Below are positions 14,184-29,895 of a stretch of DNA of 64,000 nucleotides, in pieces; the stretch's first letter is position 1, and each line of letters begins with the position of its first letter. Origin of the DNA: Eledone cirrhosa (Eukaryota); NCBI GenBank assembly GCA_964016885.1, contig OZ024757.1, forward strand, positions 11,718,001 through 11,782,000. Reading direction: 5' to 3'. The position numbers were made by a program, and so were the translations under genes. The notes below the pieces were generated by a model, which ran no database searches, was not told where the DNA came from, and saw only the letters and a list, made by a program, of their open reading frames with translations.

Positions 14184-14250
14184 TTTTATCTGATGAAAAC
14201 ACAAATATTATTGTTTGATGATGTTTGTTTTTGAAATGCGCATAATAAAA
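14184..14250 (+). ncRNA. Type I hammerhead ribozyme, family C
   Basis: Identical to 10261-10327. Confidence 0.8.
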
Positions 14251-14453
14251 TATATTGAACTCCTTTAACCATCTTTTGATCTTATATTATGTATATATAT
14301 ATATATGTGTGTGTGTGTGTATTCGTATGTATATATGTATATGTGTGTATGTGTGTATATGTATGTATATGTATGTGTGTATATATATGTATATATATAT
14401 ATATATATGTATGTGTGTATGTGTATATATATATATATGTATGTGTGTGTGTA

Positions 14454-14527
<74 letters not shown>

Positions 14528-14665
14528 TGTGTATGTGTGTATATATGTGTATATATATATATGTGTATATGTATGTGTCTGTGTATGTGTATGTGTGTAT
14601 GTATGTATATATGTGTGTATGGGTGTGTGTATGTGTGTATATATATATATATGTGTGTCTATTTG

Positions 14666-14740
<75 letters not shown>

Positions 14741-14755
14741 ATATGTATATATATA

Positions 14756-14805
<50 letters not shown>

Positions 14806-14886
14806 TGAGAGAGAGACTGTGTATATATATTTTGTGTGTGGGTGTGTGTATGTGTGTATGCGCGAGTGTGTATATATATATATATG

Positions 14887-14927
<41 letters not shown>

Positions 14928-15047
14928 ATATGTGTGTGTATATATGCGTTATTTGTCTGTATATATATGTGTATATTTATGTATAGGTCTGTGTATGTAT
15001 GTGTATGTTTGTATATGTATGGATATGTATATATATGTATATGTATG

Positions 15048-15102
<55 letters not shown>

Positions 15103-15264
15103 GTATATATATATGTATATATATATATATATATATATGTGTATATATGTGTGTGTGTATGGATATTTATACATATGTATACTCGTGTTTGTATGTAAGC
15201 GTGTGAGTTTATTTATTTTGTGTATATATGTGTGTGTGTATGTATGTGTATGTGTGTGTGTATC

Positions 15265-15403
<139 letters not shown>

Positions 15404-15701
15404 ATATGTATTATATATGTATGTATGTATGTATGTGTGTATGTATGTGTGTGTACATGAATATATATTTATATATATTTATATATTTCGTTTCTGAATT
15501 TGTTTAGCAAGATTCTTTATCTGAAATCGTGTGTTGAAACCGATATTGTTATACTTTGGGAGGGTCATGTTGCCAATAAGAAACACACGCACCAGTTGCT
15601 TTCACTTCAATTTAATTTAATATATATTTATAAATTTACAAATTTATAAATTTCTGGTTGGTTGGTTGGTTCCACAACCAGATAGTTGTTTATATATATA
15701 T

Positions 15702-15746
15702 AGTCATAGTTCTTTCGTCACACACTCTGTGACCTCTTCAGTGACT
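15702..15746 (-). ncRNA. Minimal type I hammerhead ribozyme, family D
   Basis: Reverse complement of 15868-15912. Confidence 0.75.
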
Positions 15747-15867
15747 GGGGATTTCTTTCTTCGTTTCTGTGCCTTTCCTTTCTTCTATCCTACGCCATTT
15801 TGTTTGACAAACAAAATGGCGTAGGATAGAAGAAAGGAAAGGCACAGAAACGAAGAAAGAAATCCCC

Positions 15868-15912
15868 AGTCACTGAAGAGGTCACAGAGTGTGTGACGAA
15901 AGAACTATGACT
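15868..15912 (+). ncRNA. Minimal type I hammerhead ribozyme, family D
   Basis: agtca-CTGAAGA-g gtcaca gagtg tgtgac-GAAA-gaac-TA-tgact. Stems I and II are perfect and stem III is vestigial. Confidence 0.75.
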
Positions 15913-16662
15913 ATATATATATAAACAACTATCTGGTTGTGGAACCAACCAACCAACCAGAAATTTATAAATTTGTAAATTTATAAATATATATTAAATT
16001 AAATTGAAGTGAAAGCAACTGGTGCGTGTGTTTCTTATTGGCAACATGACCCTCCCAAAGTATAACAATATATTTATATATTTTTATATATATGTGTGTG
16101 TGTTTTTATGTATGTATATGTGTCTGTGTGTGTGTTTATGGTTGCGCGTAAGTGTGTGAGTGAGTATGTGTGTTTTTTTGTTTTTTTGTTTTTTTGTGAA
16201 TGTGTCTGTTGATTTTTGGCATATAGTGGATTAGTTTAAGAGAAGTTCGAAGATAATAGTAAGATATGCACTCAGTATTTTGAATCTGTCTGCAGATTTC
16301 TCTAGACCTTTGTCACTTAGTAGAACCTTAATGACTTTAGCTTTTAAAGAATCTCCCTTTTCTTTAATTCTATCGACCATGACTGACCCCCCACTGATTT
16401 TATAGACATCTGTTAGCTTAAGAGAAACTTATTGACAAGGAATGGTATGCCATCCGGAACCTGTTTATAGAATTCTGTCTGCCTTTGTTACTCTAAAAAC
16501 ATAAATAAATATAAATAAAAACAAAAATAAACTATAGCTTTGTAGAATTAGCTTTTAATGAATTCCCTTTTCTATCAACCAATGACCTGCACCCATCCCA
16601 CTCCCCACCCTCTCCTACCACTTGTAGAGACCTATAAATACCATATTTATTTTTTGACACCC

Positions 16663-16713
16663 AGATTCCTGATGATTTCTAATGAATGAAACAGTTCTAG
16701 TCCTGTAGAATCT
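16663..16713 (+). ncRNA. Type I hammerhead ribozyme, family B
   Basis: Identical to 3793-3843. Confidence 0.85.
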
Positions 16714-16795
16714 CATCTATATTAAAACTGTTATACTCTGCTATGTATTGAGTACCTTACTTACTGTGGTTACCTCCGATTCAACCCGGAATAAC

Positions 16796-16875
<80 letters not shown>

Positions 16876-16910
16876 GTATATATATATCTATATATATGTA
16901 TATATATATG

Positions 16911-16943
<33 letters not shown>

Positions 16944-17212
16944 GGAATAGAATGAAACGAAATTTCATTTCTCACTCTTAGTACGGCACTTACTTAAATG
17001 TAAGTATGTATGTATACGTACCTACATATATGTATACAGACGTACAGTAGTATGTATATATATACATACATGCACAAATATATATATGCACGTATCGGTT
17101 TACCGAACATTTATTATAATGCTCGGTTTGTTTGTTTGTAAATATATATATATTTCAAATCTGGACATACGAGAAACCACGTCTTACTCCAACAAGTTGC
17201 CATATATATATA

Positions 17213-19295
17213 TGATTTTGGATGGCCATTGACTCTTAAGAGCTCCTTTGCCCTTTGACAGGTTTTGTTTTTAGTAGTCCAAAGTCACCCTCCTCAACCA
17301 AGAAACCTTGGTGGGGTTGCCAGTTTAGTCGCCAGCGACCCGACCATGAGACAGGTTGTACTGTGATACATGTTAACAGTAGCACCAACTGGTGACCTGA
17401 CATAACTTAATAGCACCACCTGGCGATGTCTTTCAATTCAGGATTTGGGCACCATGGCCCATTCGAGAAAAGAATTACTGTTTGCGGAGACATATCCGGA
17501 TGTGGGTGGTTTGTCCGGGATTACTTGGAGGAATTTGTCCTAAGACTTCTTGAATTTTGTGTGGTCAGTTTCTGTTTTGACGTGTCCTGGTGTGATGTTG
17601 AAGAGAGCAGGGCCAATTGAGGTGAAATAATTGTGCTGTATTGTTGTTATGAGTTGCGATTTAGATTTTTGTTTAGGACGGATAGCATGGGGCCCAAGCC
17701 TTAGGTGTATTTTGAAGGTGATGCCAACATCATTTGGGAAGTGCTGATGAAACATGTTCCACATCATGCAGATAATATAACGCTCACGGCGACGTTGGAG
17801 TGAGTAAAGTTTCAGATTTTCTAGTCGACCCCAGTAGTCAAGGTCTGACATGCCATCTATCTTTTTCGTGATTGTCCTTTGGGGAGCTTCAAGTTTCATG
17901 ATACTTTGTTTCGTGTGGGGAGACCACAGTAGACAACAGTATTCAAGGTGTGGTCGGGCAAAAGTGGAGAAGAGAAGGATAATGGTGTGGGAATCTCTCG
18001 ACTGGAAGGTTCTGAGGATCCAGGAACACATTCTGCGGGTCATGTCAACTTTGCTGTTTATATGCGTGGCCCAGCTTATGTTGTTGTCCACGGTTACTCC
18101 CAAGTCTCTGATGTTGTTAGATGCCACGAGAGTTTCACCGGAAGGAAGGGAGTACGGGAGTTTCAGAGCATCCTCTTTTCCAAAGTGGATCAGTTCGAAT
18201 TTGTCTTCGTTCAGTAACATGTTCTTTTCCGCCCATTGGGTAACAGCCAGTAGGTCTGACTGAAGGCTTATCCGGTCATCCACGCCATTGATGACCTTTT
18301 GGAGCTTGGAATCATCAGCGAAAATTCTAATGTTCTGTGTTTGATGATGTCAGTGATGTCATTAATATAGATGATGAAGAGAAGTGGGCCCAACACAGTG
18401 CCTTGTGGGACCCCACTACTGACTTTGGCTGGGCTGGATTTGACTCCTTCGACTACAACATGTTGGGTTCTGTTTGACAGGAAGCTCTTGATCCAACGCA
18501 GCAGCTTTCACTGGAAAGCTGCTGCGTTGGATCAAGAGCTTCCTGTCACCAATATTGGACACCAATATTGGACAGCTTTTTCAGTAGAATGTTGTGATCA
18601 ACCCTGTCAAAGGCCTTGCTGAAATCAAGGTAGATAACATCAGTGTTGGAACCCTCTCCCAAGGCTCTCAAAATGTCATCAAAGTGATGCAGTACCTGCG
18701 TCAGGCAATCCCTTCCATTACGGAATCCATGCTGGTTGGAGTTCAGCATATTGTTACTCTCAAGGAAGTGAGTCATTCGCGATCTCACCACTCTCTCAAA
18801 TACCTTATTGATATGAGGGGTGAGTGAGATTGGACGGTAATTCACGGCAAGGGATTATGCTTGATTTCCTTTATTGCCGCTAAGACATCAGGGCGCCAAA
18901 CGTTATGTCCGATAAGGTGTAATGGGGAGTAACATCGCCGATACAGCCCAGATCGGCCATATCAGGATTGCTGAAAACAGAGCAGTATTGTTTCTGCAGT
19001 ATCTCACCCATGGTTTTAGCATTGTCTTGAAGAGTGCCATTTTCATCAATTATAGGGCCAACAGTAGAGCCAGTGATTTTGTGTTTTTTTGCAAATGAAA
19101 AGAACACTTTGGGATTGAGTTTGATCTTCTCAATTCCCCAGGCCTCTTCAGCTCTTCTCTGATTGTTGATGATAGACATCATATTGTTGTGGAGGTTATG
19201 TTTTTTAATCTCTAGTGATGACATGGCAGTCAAGTTGGTGTGTTGCTGCTGACAGTATTTCAGCTTGTTGATTTTTTTTGTTAGTGTGTTGCTAA
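17213..19295 (-). mobile_element. 5'-truncated, decayed CR1-group LINE (RT domain and 3' UTR)
   Basis: Across several frames: NYRPISLT..VFER, NQHGFR, YLDFSKAFD, GVPQGTVLGPLLFIIYIND, FADDSK, RDLGV, RPHLEYC..WSP, LYSLQRRRER. Confidence 0.88.
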
Positions 19296-19339
19296 ACTAA
19301 TATATACATAAGACAGTCCTGAGCAAGACAACCAATCTT

Positions 19340-19414
19340 GCCTCAAGTGGGACAATTCCCGTCCAGACCCATGCAAGCGTGGAAAATAGACCTTAAACGA
19401 TGATGATGATGATG
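19340..19414 (+). mobile_element. RTE-type 3' tail fragment ending in (GAT)n
   Basis: cccatgcaagcgtggaaaatagaccttaaacgatgatgatg resembles the 3' end of the RTE at 25904-25965 on the minus strand. Confidence 0.55.
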
Positions 19415-19468
19415 TATTTATATATATATATATTCATTAGTTTAGCAAACAAGACCACAAATTTCACA

Positions 19469-20410
<942 letters not shown>

Positions 20411-20414
20411 TCGG

Positions 20415-20445
<31 letters not shown>

Positions 20446-22310
20446 GTATGCAACATCTTCACTCTTTGTTTGGCAGGATATGGGCTAATGAATCCGTACC
20501 CGAGGACTGGAGATATGCAGTAATGGTGGTCTTGTACAAGGGAAAGGGTAACAGGAACGATTATGGGAACTACAGAGGTATATCATTGCTTTCTGTCGTA
20601 GGGAAAGTTTTATGTAGGGTGCTTCTGGACCGTCTGCTGACACACATTGCAGATTGTTTTCTTCCTGAAAGTCAATCTGGTTTTCGTGCTGGACGCGGCA
20701 CTACTGATATGATCTTCTCAGCTAGACAGCTCCAGGAGAAGTGCATGGAACAAGGCTTGGATCTGTATCAGGTTTTGTCGATCTGACAAAAGCTTTCGAT
20801 ACTGTTAACAGTGATGCATTATGGAAGGTTCTCTAGAAACTTGGTTGCCCTGATAAGTTCCATGACGACATGAAGGCTTGGGTTAATGTCGGGGGTAACA
20901 TGTCGGAGCCTATCTCAGAAAAAAATGGAGTGAAACAGGGGGATATTCCAGCACCGACCCTGTTTGCCATATACTTTGCAATGGTTTTCTGTATTGCATT
21001 CAGGAATTGCGAGCATGGTGTTTACATCCGATATCGAACCTCAGGCAGCATATTTAACATCAGGCGCTTTGCTGCGAAGACAAAAGTATTTACATCAATC
21101 ATAAGAGACCTCTTGTATGCAGGTGATTGCGATCTTGTAGCGCACACAGAGAGTGATTTGCAGCACATTTTGAATGCATTTTCTGACGCTTGCACTGCCC
21201 TAGGTCTGACTGTCAGTCTCAAGAAAACCGTCGTCATGTACCAACCTGCCCCTGGTAAGCAGTACACTGAACTAAACATCTATGTGTATGGAAAACGACT
21301 TGGTGTGGTTGATCAGTTTGTCTACCTGGGAAGCACTGTCAATCGATACAGCAACCTTGACAGTGAAATCTCACTTAGGATTAGGAAAGCAAGTGATGCT
21401 TTCGGAAAGCTAGAAAGGCGACTCTGGGGTCGGCGAAACATATGCAGGAGGACAAAGGTAAAGGTGTACAGGGCATGTGTGCTCTCTTGTCTTCTTTATG
21501 CCTGCGAGACCTGGGTCACATATCGACACCACCTTAAGCAATTGGAGTGTTTCCATCAGATGTGTCTCAGACGGATCCATGGCGTTCACTGGGGGGACCA
21601 GATCAGTGATGTCGAGATTTTGGAAAGCTCTATGTGTGACAGTATAGAAGCTCTTGTGCTTAAGCAACGACTCCGTTGGAGTCGTCACCTTGCCAGGATG
21701 AAGGATTCTAGAATACCAAAACAACTCTTTTATGGAGAGTTGGTTAAAGGAAAACGACCTCCACATAAACCAAAAAAGAGGTATAAGGATTCCTTGAAAG
21801 CCTCTCTGAAAGACGCTAACATCTCTGCTGATACATGGGAGAATATTGCTGCTGATCGTAATAAATGGAGAAAGACTGTATATGAGGGAAAAGTTGCCTT
21901 TGAGGCATCTCGAATCGCATACGAGAAAGTAAAGCGGGATGTGAGGAAGGGCATTGCTGTTGCACTTCCAGACGGCGAGGGTCCTCCTATGGTGCTGACA
22001 TGCAGCGTATGTGCGAGACTCTGCCTAAGAAAAGCTGGACTCGAAAGTCATCTTCGCAGTCATAAAGTAAGACCAGTGGTTGACTACCAGGCTGCTGTTG
22101 GAGATGCTACTCATCATGCTTGCCAAACATGTGGTAGAGAATGTAAATAAGCAGGAGGGCTCAAGCGACATGCAAAAGTACACGAACTCCAACCACAGCC
22201 GACTATTCCCAGTGAATGTTTTGGTTGCCGACTCTGTGCAAGACATTTTAGATCTTTGGCTGGGCTAAAAAGCCACATTCGATCGCAGCACTGTTAGTTG
22301 CTATCGTGTG
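20446..22310 (+). mobile_element. 5'-truncated RTE-clade LINE (BovB-like RT) with C-terminal C2H2 zinc fingers, disrupted
   Basis: Motifs are LYKGKG..NYRGISLLS, PESQSGFR, GVKQG, LLYAGD (normally YADD), FVYLGS, LLYACETW and RIPKQLFYGEL..GKR. Stops and frameshifts are present. Confidence 0.9.
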
Positions 22311-22484
22311 TGTGTGTAGATATGCTTATGTGTGTGCGTGTGTGTGTATATATATATGTATATGTATATTATTATTGTTGTTGTCGTTATTATTATTGTT
22401 GTTATTGTTATTATTATTATTATTGTTATTAATGTATGTGTGTGTGTATATGTGTGTGTGAGTGTGTGTGTGTGTATGTGTATG

Positions 22485-22535
<51 letters not shown>

Positions 22536-22539
22536 GATA

Positions 22540-23600
22540 TTAAACAAATGGAAACTATATTTATAAAACCATATTTATTTCGTTATATATATTTCTGGGA
22601 TATCATATTAAAAATATGGTATGCCTTCCTCAGACAAAATACAATACATAAGCTGTTTTATAAATAATTTTTGACATACCTTATAATAATGCAACTTCCA
22701 TTTAAAAAGTTGATTTGGTAGTGAAACTGTTATGACAGTTATATAGAAAGAAAAACGAAGATGAGAAGAAGAAGATGAAGAGATGTATGTAAATAAAAAA
22801 AGAAGAAGATGAAGAGATGTATGTAAAGAAAAACAACAGAGCGAGATAGAGAGACAAGGAGATATGGGAGAGAGAAATACATTGAGGAAGTGAAAAAATA
22901 TAGTAGGCAGCTTTTGGACAGATGATCATCGTATATGTGAGAGGTTAAGGAGGGAAGGGATACAGTTAAACTAGCCGACACATAAATCACGTCCAGTGTA
23001 TAGGAGAAAAAGAAAGAAAGATGATATATTTAAAATATATTAAAAATATATTATGTCTCATCCATTTGAATTATCAATTTTTATGAATTAGGTATTATAA
23101 TGTAAATATCAGTATTCATGAATGAGACACATATCCATAATGTGTGAAAAAAATGACCACATGCTTAGTTTAAAAATTCTTAGGTCTATAAGCAAAATCT
23201 GAGATAAAACTTCAAACATAAGTATATATGCATTCTGATGAAAAAAGAAAAAGAGAAAAGAGGTTATCTCGAATTCAAGTTGATAAATATAGACACACAT
23301 GTGAACCTACGTGATATGCTCCACAGATTCTTATATTTCATGAAAAACTTCATTGCGTTACAAAAGATTCCACCCTACACATATTTACATACATATATAC
23401 ATATATATAGACATAAAATATATAAGATATACATTAACATTTAAAATAACATTCCAGCCTCACTTGCATGATTATCGATCAAGCATAGAGTAGACAACAG
23501 ATATCAATATTAAACCTACTCCAGAAACTGTTGAGTGCTTTTATATCAGTTATAAAATATTTACTCGTTGTAACCCAACAATCTTAAATAAAACTTTTGC
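22540..23600 (-). mobile_element. Diverged PLE family A 3' fragment with hammerhead (22576-22641) and a short inverted end
   Basis: The reverse complement resembles 880-960 and 1390-1560, with a CTGAGGA...GAAA core. 23525-23600 matches the family A terminus in plus orientation. Confidence 0.65.
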
Positions 23601-23983
23601 ATATATATATATATATATATTTCTTCTTTTTTTCTTTTTATTTTCTTTTTATTTATTTATTATTTTTTTTTTTTTTCTCCTCGTGCAATGGCCATACTCG
23701 ATAACGAGGGGGCAGCGATCATATGTATATATATATGTATATATATATGTATATATATATATGTATAGATATATATATATATATATTTGGAATAGAATGA
23801 AACGAAATTTCATTTCTCACACTTAATACGGCACTTACTTAAATGTAAGTATGTATGTATACGTACATACATATATGTATACAGACGTACAGTAGTATGT
23901 ATATATATACATACATGCACACATATATATATACACGTATCGGTTTACCGAACATTTATTATAATGCGCGGTTTGTTTGTTTG

Positions 23984-24036
<53 letters not shown>

Positions 24037-24420
24037 TTAGTTTAGCAAACAAGACCACAAATTTCATAATGAGGACATATATATATATGTATATATATAC
24101 ATATATATGGATATATATATATATGGATATATATATGTATATATATGTATAAATATATGTAGATATATATGTATATATATATATATATGTATAGATATAG
24201 ATATATAATGAATAGAATGAAACGAAATTTGATTTCTCACTCTTAGTACGGCACTTACTTAAATGTAAGTATGTATGTATACGTACATACATATATGTAT
24301 ACAGACGTACAGTAGTATGTATATATATACATACATGAACACATATATATATGCACGTATCGGCTTACCGAACATTTATTATAATGCTCGGTTTGTTTGT
24401 TTGTTATATATATATATATG

Positions 24421-25491
<1,071 letters not shown>

Positions 25492-25903
25492 TATTCATTA
25501 GTTTAGCAAACAAGACCACAAATTTATTTCACAAGGAGGACATATATGTATATATATATATATATATGGATATATATATGTATATATATATGTATATATA
25601 TATGTATATATATGTATATATATATATGTATATATATATGTATATATAGATATATGTATAGATATATATATATATATGGAATAGAATGAAACGAAATTTC
25701 ATTTCTCACTCTTAGTACGGCACTTACTTAAATGTAAGTATGTATGTATACCTACATACATATATGTATACAGACGTACAGTAGTATGTATATATGTACA
25801 TACATGCACACATATATATATATATGCACATATCGGTTTACCGAACATTTATTATAATGCTCGGTTTGTTTGTTTGTAATATATATATATATATGTATAT
25901 ATA

Positions 25904-28900
25904 TCATCATCATCATCATCATCATCATTTTACGTCCGCTTTTCCCTGCTTGCAAGGGTGGGACAGGTCTTATTCAGCACAGCATCTCTTCACTCGTCAC
26001 GGTCCCTCGTCATCTCCACCGTGAGCTTCAATGATCTGAGGTCTGTTCTCACCACCTCCGCCCATGTTTTTCGTGGTCTACCTCTACCACGCCTTCCTTC
26101 AACTGGCAATTCCTGGCACTTCTTCACCCATCGGTCATCCTCCATGCGCATCACATGTCCATACCACCTCAGTCTCCTCTCCCGTACACTACATTCTATC
26201 CCTCTCAGACGCAGTTTCTCTCTCAACACATTTATGCTGGGTCGTTCACGCACATTTACACTGCACATCCAACGGAGCATTCTTGCCTCATTTCTCTCCA
26301 GTCGTCGCATATCCTCTGCAGTTGCTGCCCATGTCTCACTACCATGCAGCATCGCGCTCCTCACACAGGCATCATACAACCGGCCTTTCGTACGCAGGGA
26401 GAAACCCTTCTTTGTCAACAGAGGAAGCAGCTCCCTAAACTTCTTCCAACCCGTCCTTATTCTAGATAATATGGCTTCAGAACACCCTCCTCCCATGCTA
26501 ATCTGATCTCCTAGATACCGGAAGCTATCCTCCACTTCTATAGCGCCCTCCTGCATTTGAAAAATGTGTCTATCAATGCGACTTCTACTGTCTAATTCCC
26601 TGTACATCTACTGCATACATATTTCTCCCTACCTGTTAGTTTGCCTGCTATCCCGCTACATCTCTTGTGTACCCAGGATCTGCATTGTGTGCATTTTATA
26701 GAATTTATGCCAGTTCCTTTTCTGCATATCGAACGTGGCCATTTCTCTGACGGAATCAGGGTTTTGTCCTCTTTTCTACTCATCAACACTTTTGTCTCAG
26801 CTAGATTCACTCTCAGTCCTCTTGCTTCCAACTGCTGTTTCCATAGCCAGAATTTATTCTCTAACTCCTCTACTGATTCTGCTATAAGAACCAGATCGTC
26901 AGCATAGAGAAGTTCCCATGGACAGCCAGTCTTAAACTCCTCTGCTATGGCTTGGAGGACTATAATGAACAAGATCGGGCTGAGGACCGAACCCTGATGT
27001 ACTCCTACTTGTATCTGGAATTCCTCACTAAATTCCATTCCTACCCTGACTTTACTGAGAGTACCTCTGTACAAAGTTTGCACTGTCCTCACAAGCCATT
27101 CTTCAACACCTAGCTTCCTTAGGGACCACCAGATGACAGATCGGGGTACCCTATCAAAGGCCTTCTCTAGGTCAACAAAGGCTACGTATAGTGGCTTATT
27201 TTTCTCTAAGAACCTCTCTTGCAATTGTCTCACCAAGAAGAGGGCATCTGTTGTACTCTTCCCAGGCACAAAACCAAACTGCATCTCATCTAGTTTGACC
27301 CTTTCTCTAATTAGTTGTGCTAAAATCCTTTCTGCCACTTTCATAACCTGATCTATCAGTTTTATACCCCTATAATTGCTCCTCTCCAAAGCATCCCCTT
27401 TACCTTTGTAGCAATTTATGAGAATACTGCTGCACCAGTCTTTGGGTATGACACCACCATATATAGCTTGATTGATGATGCGTGCAACCAGTTTAGTGCC
27501 TACGTCCCCTGATGCCTTCAGCATCTCAGTAACTATTCCCGATGGTCCGGCAGCCTTACCATTTTTCATTTCCCTAATCGCCTCTTGGACCCTATATTCG
27601 TCAATCTCAATAGCTGGTCCCTCTGTCGGATCCACCAAGGGTAATTTCTCTCTCTCCCATTCGTTCTCCACATTCATCAGTCTCTCATAATGACATTTCC
27701 AGGCCTCCTTTTTCTGATCATTCGTGACACTAAGTACACCGGCATCATCCCGGACACATTTATCTCCAACAACATCCTGATTTGCATTGACACACTGCCT
27801 TGCAATGTGGAACACCGCACGCCTCTGATCTTCCCGTCGCAGAACATTGGCAAACCTCCTACTCTCTGCCTCCCTGCGTGTTAAGTACACCTGACGTCTA
27901 GCTTCTCTATTAGTGGCTGTATATTCTTCCCTACTCCCACCCTTTTTCCAAGCCTTCCATGCTAGTCTTTTGTCTCTAATAGCCTTATCTACTGTGCTGT
28001 TCCACCACCAGGTCACTCTCTGTCTGGTTGGAGCTCTGCTCCAGCCACAGGTTTCATCAGTAGCCTGCAGCAAGTTGTCACGTAAGAAATTCCAGTTATT
28101 ATCTATGTCATACGTCTCTAAATCGTCTTCTTTTTTGTCATATACAACTTGAAGGGCTTTCCTAAATTTGTATTTTAGTGAAAGCTCTTTTAGCTTCCAG
28201 ACCTTTCTTCTCCACACCTTCCTATATGTCTCATTCCATCTCTTGCTTACTGAGATATCACTAACAACTAGCCTATGCTGTGGGGTACATTCTTCCCCAG
28301 GGTATGCCTTGGTATTAGACACTATCTGCCTGTCCCGCTGCCTAACTAGCAGGAAGTCAATCTGGCTTATGTGCTCACCAGATTTGTAGGTTATTAGGTG
28401 ATTGGCAGGTTTCTGGAAGTTTGTGTTGCAAATAGTCAATGTACCCGCATCACAAAATTCAAGAATTCTCACTACTTCTTCATTTCTTGAACCGTAACCG
28501 TGCCCACCATGTACCCCAGTGTAACCATCCTGGAGCTGTCCAACATGACCATTGAAGTCTCCTGCTAGCATAACAATGTCTCCGTCCTCTGTCATTGCGG
28601 TTGTTTGCAAAAGTTGCTCATAAAAGCAGTCTTTCTCATCTGTGCCTAGGCCTGCTTGGGGAGCATAGGCCGAGATGATTGTCAGTAGTCTCCTACCTAC
28701 AACTAATCTAAGCTTAATTATTCGATTACTAACTCGAACTACCTCTATTGTCTTATTGATCCATTTCTCAGCCAGGAAAATGCCTACTCCCCCTAGCCCA
28801 TCATCCTTACCTACCCAGAATAACTTATAGCTAAGACGCTTGCCTACGACTAGTCTCGCAGAGGCACCTCTCCATCTCACCTCTTGCACGCAGCACACAT

Positions 28901-29190
28901 CCACCTGCCTTCTCTCCAGCATCTCCGCTATTTCAGCAGATCTACCTCTGAGAGTGCCAACATTAAGTGTTGCAACTCTCAGATGCGACGTCTTCATATT
29001 TTGTTGTTGTTCCTATCTGTTGCTGTGCTGATAAGCGTTTTGGCACGGATACACTGGTTGGATGCCCTTCCTAACACCAGCGCCACTTTACAGCATGGAC
29101 TGGGTGCTTTTATTTGTGCCACCAGCACTAGAGAGGATGTCTTACTAGACTCAAGGGCCCTCTCTACCCCTCTATTTTACAGCATGGTCA
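25904..29190 (-). mobile_element. Near full-length RTE-clade LINE with (GAT)n tail
   Basis: A short 5' UTR, an APE-RT ORF, and a 3' end ...agggaaaagcggacgtaaaa(tga)n. Confidence 0.92.
25990..28997 (-). pseudogene. RTE ORF (AP endonuclease + RT + PHD-like insert) with one frameshift near 26600
   Basis: APE motifs are ATLNVGTL, CVQEVRW, SAYAPQ, GDFNGH and SQIDF. RT motifs are NYRGIKL, QFGF, FVDLEKAFD, GVHQGS, LLYADD, FRYLGD, HGSETW and RLRWYGHV. Confidence 0.92.
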
Positions 29191-29209
29191 TTAAAAAAAA
29201 AAAAACTTA

Positions 29210-29895
29210 TTGACACGACGCACACACACACACTCACACACCAACACTCATGCATACAAACCACAACCACACACACGCCACTCACATACCAACACTCATT
29301 CATGCATACAATCACACACACCACTCACAAACACATATATATATACATATATTACCGACAGTACTGATACAAGTACAAAATCAAAATCAAAATCAAAATC
29401 ATCAAAATCAAAATCAATATTATGTCAACTGTTGACCTTTCCCAGTCCAGTTCAGCTTGTATATAATAACAATAATAATAATTGTTTGCTTTACGCTGGT
29501 AATGGCGTTGGTGGTAGTGAATGGTGGCGGATGGTGTCAATGTGGTGGATGGTCAGTGATGGTGGTGGCAGTTGTTGGTGTTGTAGTTGTTATTGTAGTT
29601 GTTGTCGTTGTTGCTGTTGTTGTTGTTCTTCATTTCACTGCTGCTGTTGCTGCAGACAATGGTGTTGATGCTGTTATTGCTGTCGCATATATACAAACAC
29701 ATACATACACACACATTCAACACAGACAATGGTGTTCTTGCCGTTGTTGTTGTTGTTGGTTTTGCTGCTGTTGTTGTTGTTGGTGTTGCTGCTGTTGTTG
29801 TTGTAGTTGTTGCTGTGTTGAAATCTAGTCGCATCCATACATACACACACACACACATATATATATGTATATATGTATATACACATACATACATC
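29210..29895. repeat. Simple repeats: (CA)n, (AAAATC)n, (GTT/GCT)n
   Basis: Direct inspection. Confidence 0.85.

Larger units (their letters stand above)
10236..14290 (+). mobile_element. Full-length Naiad-type PLE family C (pseudo-LTR, ORF, 3' UTR, pseudo-LTR)
   Basis: Direct repeats at 10238-10368 and 14161-14291 each contain a hammerhead. The ORF between them is intact and the element ends in microsatellite. Confidence 0.93.
15487..16072. mobile_element. Inverted pair of family D pseudo-LTRs, a near-perfect hairpin with ~260-bp arms
   Basis: 15544-15806 is the reverse complement of 15808-16071. It is absent from the paralogous site at ~3205. Its end (…catgaccctcccaaagtataacaat) resembles the end of the GIY-YIG fragment at 25310-25335. 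Confidence 0.8.

Noticed and set aside
7033-14290. Inverted PLE copy as a sequencing fold-back artefact
   Set aside because: The arms differ by a TSD-flanked SINE, point changes and homopolymer lengths, and their ends are asymmetric in the way PLE insertions usually are.
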